A stretch of 61,842 bases of DNA, counting the filler. It is 4 parts of 4 records of this genome, joined end to end, with 100 filler letters (N's around TTAATTAATTAA, not from the genome) between each part and the next. Parts side by side here need not be neighbours in the genome. Positions count along the whole stretch, not along the records: positions 55,977 to 61,842 come from SRR31156797_2588; 3 more parts are not named here. One strand, given 5' to 3'. The notes beneath the pieces are model-generated. The model made no database searches and was not told the DNA's origin. It worked only from the letters and a program-made list of their open reading frames with translations. A program made the position numbers and the translations under genes. Each line of letters starts with the position of its first letter. The first letter of the stretch is position 1. Below, one piece after another: positions 59,989 to 61,842 of the stretch.

Positions 59989-61842
59989 ATGGAAACCAAC
60001 AAACAATTAGACCTCGCTTTCGACTTTGTTCAGTACACCGGGCAAAATATTTTTTTAACCGGAAAAGCCGGAACCGGAAAAACTACATTTCTGAAAAGCC
60101 TGAAAGAGAAATCGCCCAAACGAATGATTGTGGTTGCTCCAACCGGAGTGGCAGCAATTAATGCCGGAGGAGTTACCATTCACTCTTTTTTTCAGCTTTC
60201 TTTCGGGCCGCAAATCGGATTGGAAAATACTTCAGCTAAACAAAATCGGTACAACAAAGAAAAAATAAATATTATTCGCAGCCTCGATCTTTTGGTGATT
60301 GACGAAATTAGTATGGTGCGTGCCGATATTCTGGATGCCATTGATCGGGTAATGCGAAGGTTTAAAAACAGAAACAAACCTTTTGGCGGAGTGCAGGTTT
60401 TAATGATTGGCGACTTGCAACAACTGGCTCCGGTTATTAAAAGCGACGAGTGGAATTTGCTGAAACGGGAGTATAATACAGTATATTTTTTTAGTAGTAA
60501 AGCATTGCGCGAAACATCGTTTGTGAGTATTGAACTTACCCATGTTTTTCGCCAGCACGACGATAAATTTATTTCAATTCTTAACAAGGTGCGCGAAAAT
60601 CAACTCGACCAAAATGCACTCGAAATTTTAAATCAACGTTATATTCCCGATTTTGAGCCTGAAAATAATGAGGGATATATTATTCTTTGTACACATAATC
60701 TGCAGGCACACCGAATAAACGAATCGAGACTAATTCAACTGCCTGAAAAATCGCAACGGTTTTCTGCAACCATCGAAGGGAATTTTCCGGAGTACGCTTA
60801 TCCAACCGATTTGAAACTGGATTTAAAAGTAGGTGCACAAATTATGTTTGTAAAAAACGATCCCAATCAGGAGAAACTTTTTTACAACGGAAAAATAGGA
60901 AAGATTACCAGAATTGATGATGAGGCTATTTATGTGCTTTGCCCCGATGACGATGAGGAGATTGAGGTAACGCCATTACTTTGGGAAAATATAAAATATA
61001 CAATCGATAAAAATACGGCCGAGATTAAAGAATCAGTTGAAGGTTCTTTTCTGCAGTATCCGTTAAAACTGGCGTGGGCAATTACCATTCATAAAAGTCA
61101 GGGATTAACTTTCGAACGGGCAATTATCGACGCGGAAGCATCTTTCGCACACGGACAGGTTTATGTGGCACTTAGCCGTTGTAAAACGCTGGAAGGTATG
61201 GTTTTGAGTTCGCCTGTTTCAACCCGGAGTATAAAAAAGGATGGAACAGTGAGTGGCTTTATTCAACAGGTAGAAGAAAATCAGCCGGGCGAAGTTGAAT
61301 TAAAAAATGCAAAACTGGCATATCAGCAAGAACTTCTGCTGGATGTATTTAATTTCGACATTTTAAAAATTCAGGTGAATACCATAAGTAAAATATTGAG
61401 GGAAAGTAAAGCCAGTATTCCTGAGTTAATAACAGAGCAAATCAGGAAAATAAAAACAAGAGTTTATGAAGAATTGGTAGAGGTGTCGGTGAAATTTCAG
61501 GGCCAAATTTCTCAGCTTTTAACCATTGAACCCGATATTTCTCAAAACCAACCTTTAAAGGAACGTATTTTAAAAGCCTCCGGTTATTTTACAGAAAAAG
61601 TAAAATCAATTGCGGTTGATGACTTTTCAAAGATTGATTTGGAAGTAGATAACCGGGCCCTGAAAAAACAAATAAAAAATTATACAACAAATTTGGCTGA
61701 AGAGGCAGAATTGAAATTGGTAAATTTTGGTATTTGTAAAACGGGTTTTGAAGTAAAAAAGCTTTTAGATGCTCGCGCAAAAGTGTTGATCGATGGTTCA
61801 AAGTCGGGATCAAAAAAGAAAAAGGCAAAAGCAATTGAAGAT
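59989..61842 (+). CDS. Pif1/RecD-like SF1B helicase (3' truncated; absent from ORF track)
   Basis: Manual translation gives METNKQLDLAFDFVQYTGQNIFLTGKAGTGKTT, APTGVAA, TIHSFFQ, IDEISMVRAD, PFGGVQ...GDLQQL.PV, QYPLKLAWAITIHKSQGLTF and GQVYVALSRC. Confidence 0.92.
   Translation, partial: METNKQLDLAFDFVQYTGQNIFLTGKAGTGKTTFLKSLKEKSPKRMIVVAPTGVAAINAGGVTIHSFFQLSFGPQIGLENTSAKQNRYNKEKINIIRSLDLLVIDEISMVRADILDAIDRVMRRFKNRNKPFGGVQVLMIGDLQQLAPVIKSDEWNLLKREYNTVYFFSSKALRETSFVSIELTHVFRQHDDKFISILNKVRENQLDQNALEILNQRYIPDFEPENNEGYIILCTHNLQAHRINESRLIQLPEKSQRFSATIEGNFPEYAYPTDLKLDLKVGAQIMFVKNDPNQEKLFYNGKIGKITRIDDEAIYVLCPDDDEEIEVTPLLWENIKYTIDKNTAEIKESVEGSFLQYPLKLAWAITIHKSQGLTFERAIIDAEASFAHGQVYVALSRCKTLEGMVLSSPVSTRSIKKDGTVSGFIQQVEENQPGEVELKNAKLAYQQELLLDVFNFDILKIQVNTISKILRESKASIPELITEQIRKIKTRVYEELVEVSVKFQGQISQLLTIEPDISQNQPLKERILKASGYFTEKVKSIAVDDFSKIDLEVDNRALKKQIKNYTTNLAEEAELKLVNFGICKTGFEVKKLLDARAKVLIDGSKSGSKKKKAKAIED

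Noticed and set aside
60192..61834. Minus-strand ORFs 60192-60587 and 61589-61834
   Set aside because: They are antisense to the plus-strand Pif1-like helicase.

Overview
This window is not one locus. It is four unrelated contigs joined by artificial 100-bp linkers (N-run + TTAATTAATTAA + N-run) at 31645-31744, 40536-40635 and 55877-55976. Contig 1 (1-31644) is from an AT-rich, spore-forming Clostridia-type Firmicute. It carries tRNA-Ser(GCT), mfd/pth, a cobalamin riboswitch with a btuFCD-like transporter, and an 8-gene Mrp-type cation/H+ antiporter in MbhA-H order with no MrpA or hydrogenase genes. It also carries uvrBA, dpaAB-dapG, a reduced maf-mreBCD-pbp2-minD-rodA-mgsA operon, and a sensor kinase followed by two GerMN lipoproteins. 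Contig 2 (31745-40535) looks like Campylobacterota (Arcobacteraceae-like): an MCP fragment, a histidine kinase, a GH57 branching enzyme with DUF4912, mgtE, pgk, a PAS-GGDEF protein, and the trailer end of a CRISPR array cut by the contig edge. Contig 3 (40636-55876) is Vibrio core genome (motX, purA, iaaA, slyD, kefGB, yheSTU, prkB, crp, DUF1338) plus a nitroreductase/LysR pair. Contig 4 (55977-61842) looks like Bacteroidota: a 2TM-beta protein fragment, a SpoU methylase, arginine deiminase, DUF4294, thpR, an ABM protein, and a truncated Pif1-like helicase that the ORF track misses. Most content is housekeeping. The best leads for under-described systems are the stand-alone MbhA-H-like antiporter, the kinase + tandem GerMN module, the DUF4912-GH57 pair, the CRISPR array end and the Cap15-like 2TM-beta fragment. 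All taxonomic and family calls come from motif recognition; no database searches were run.
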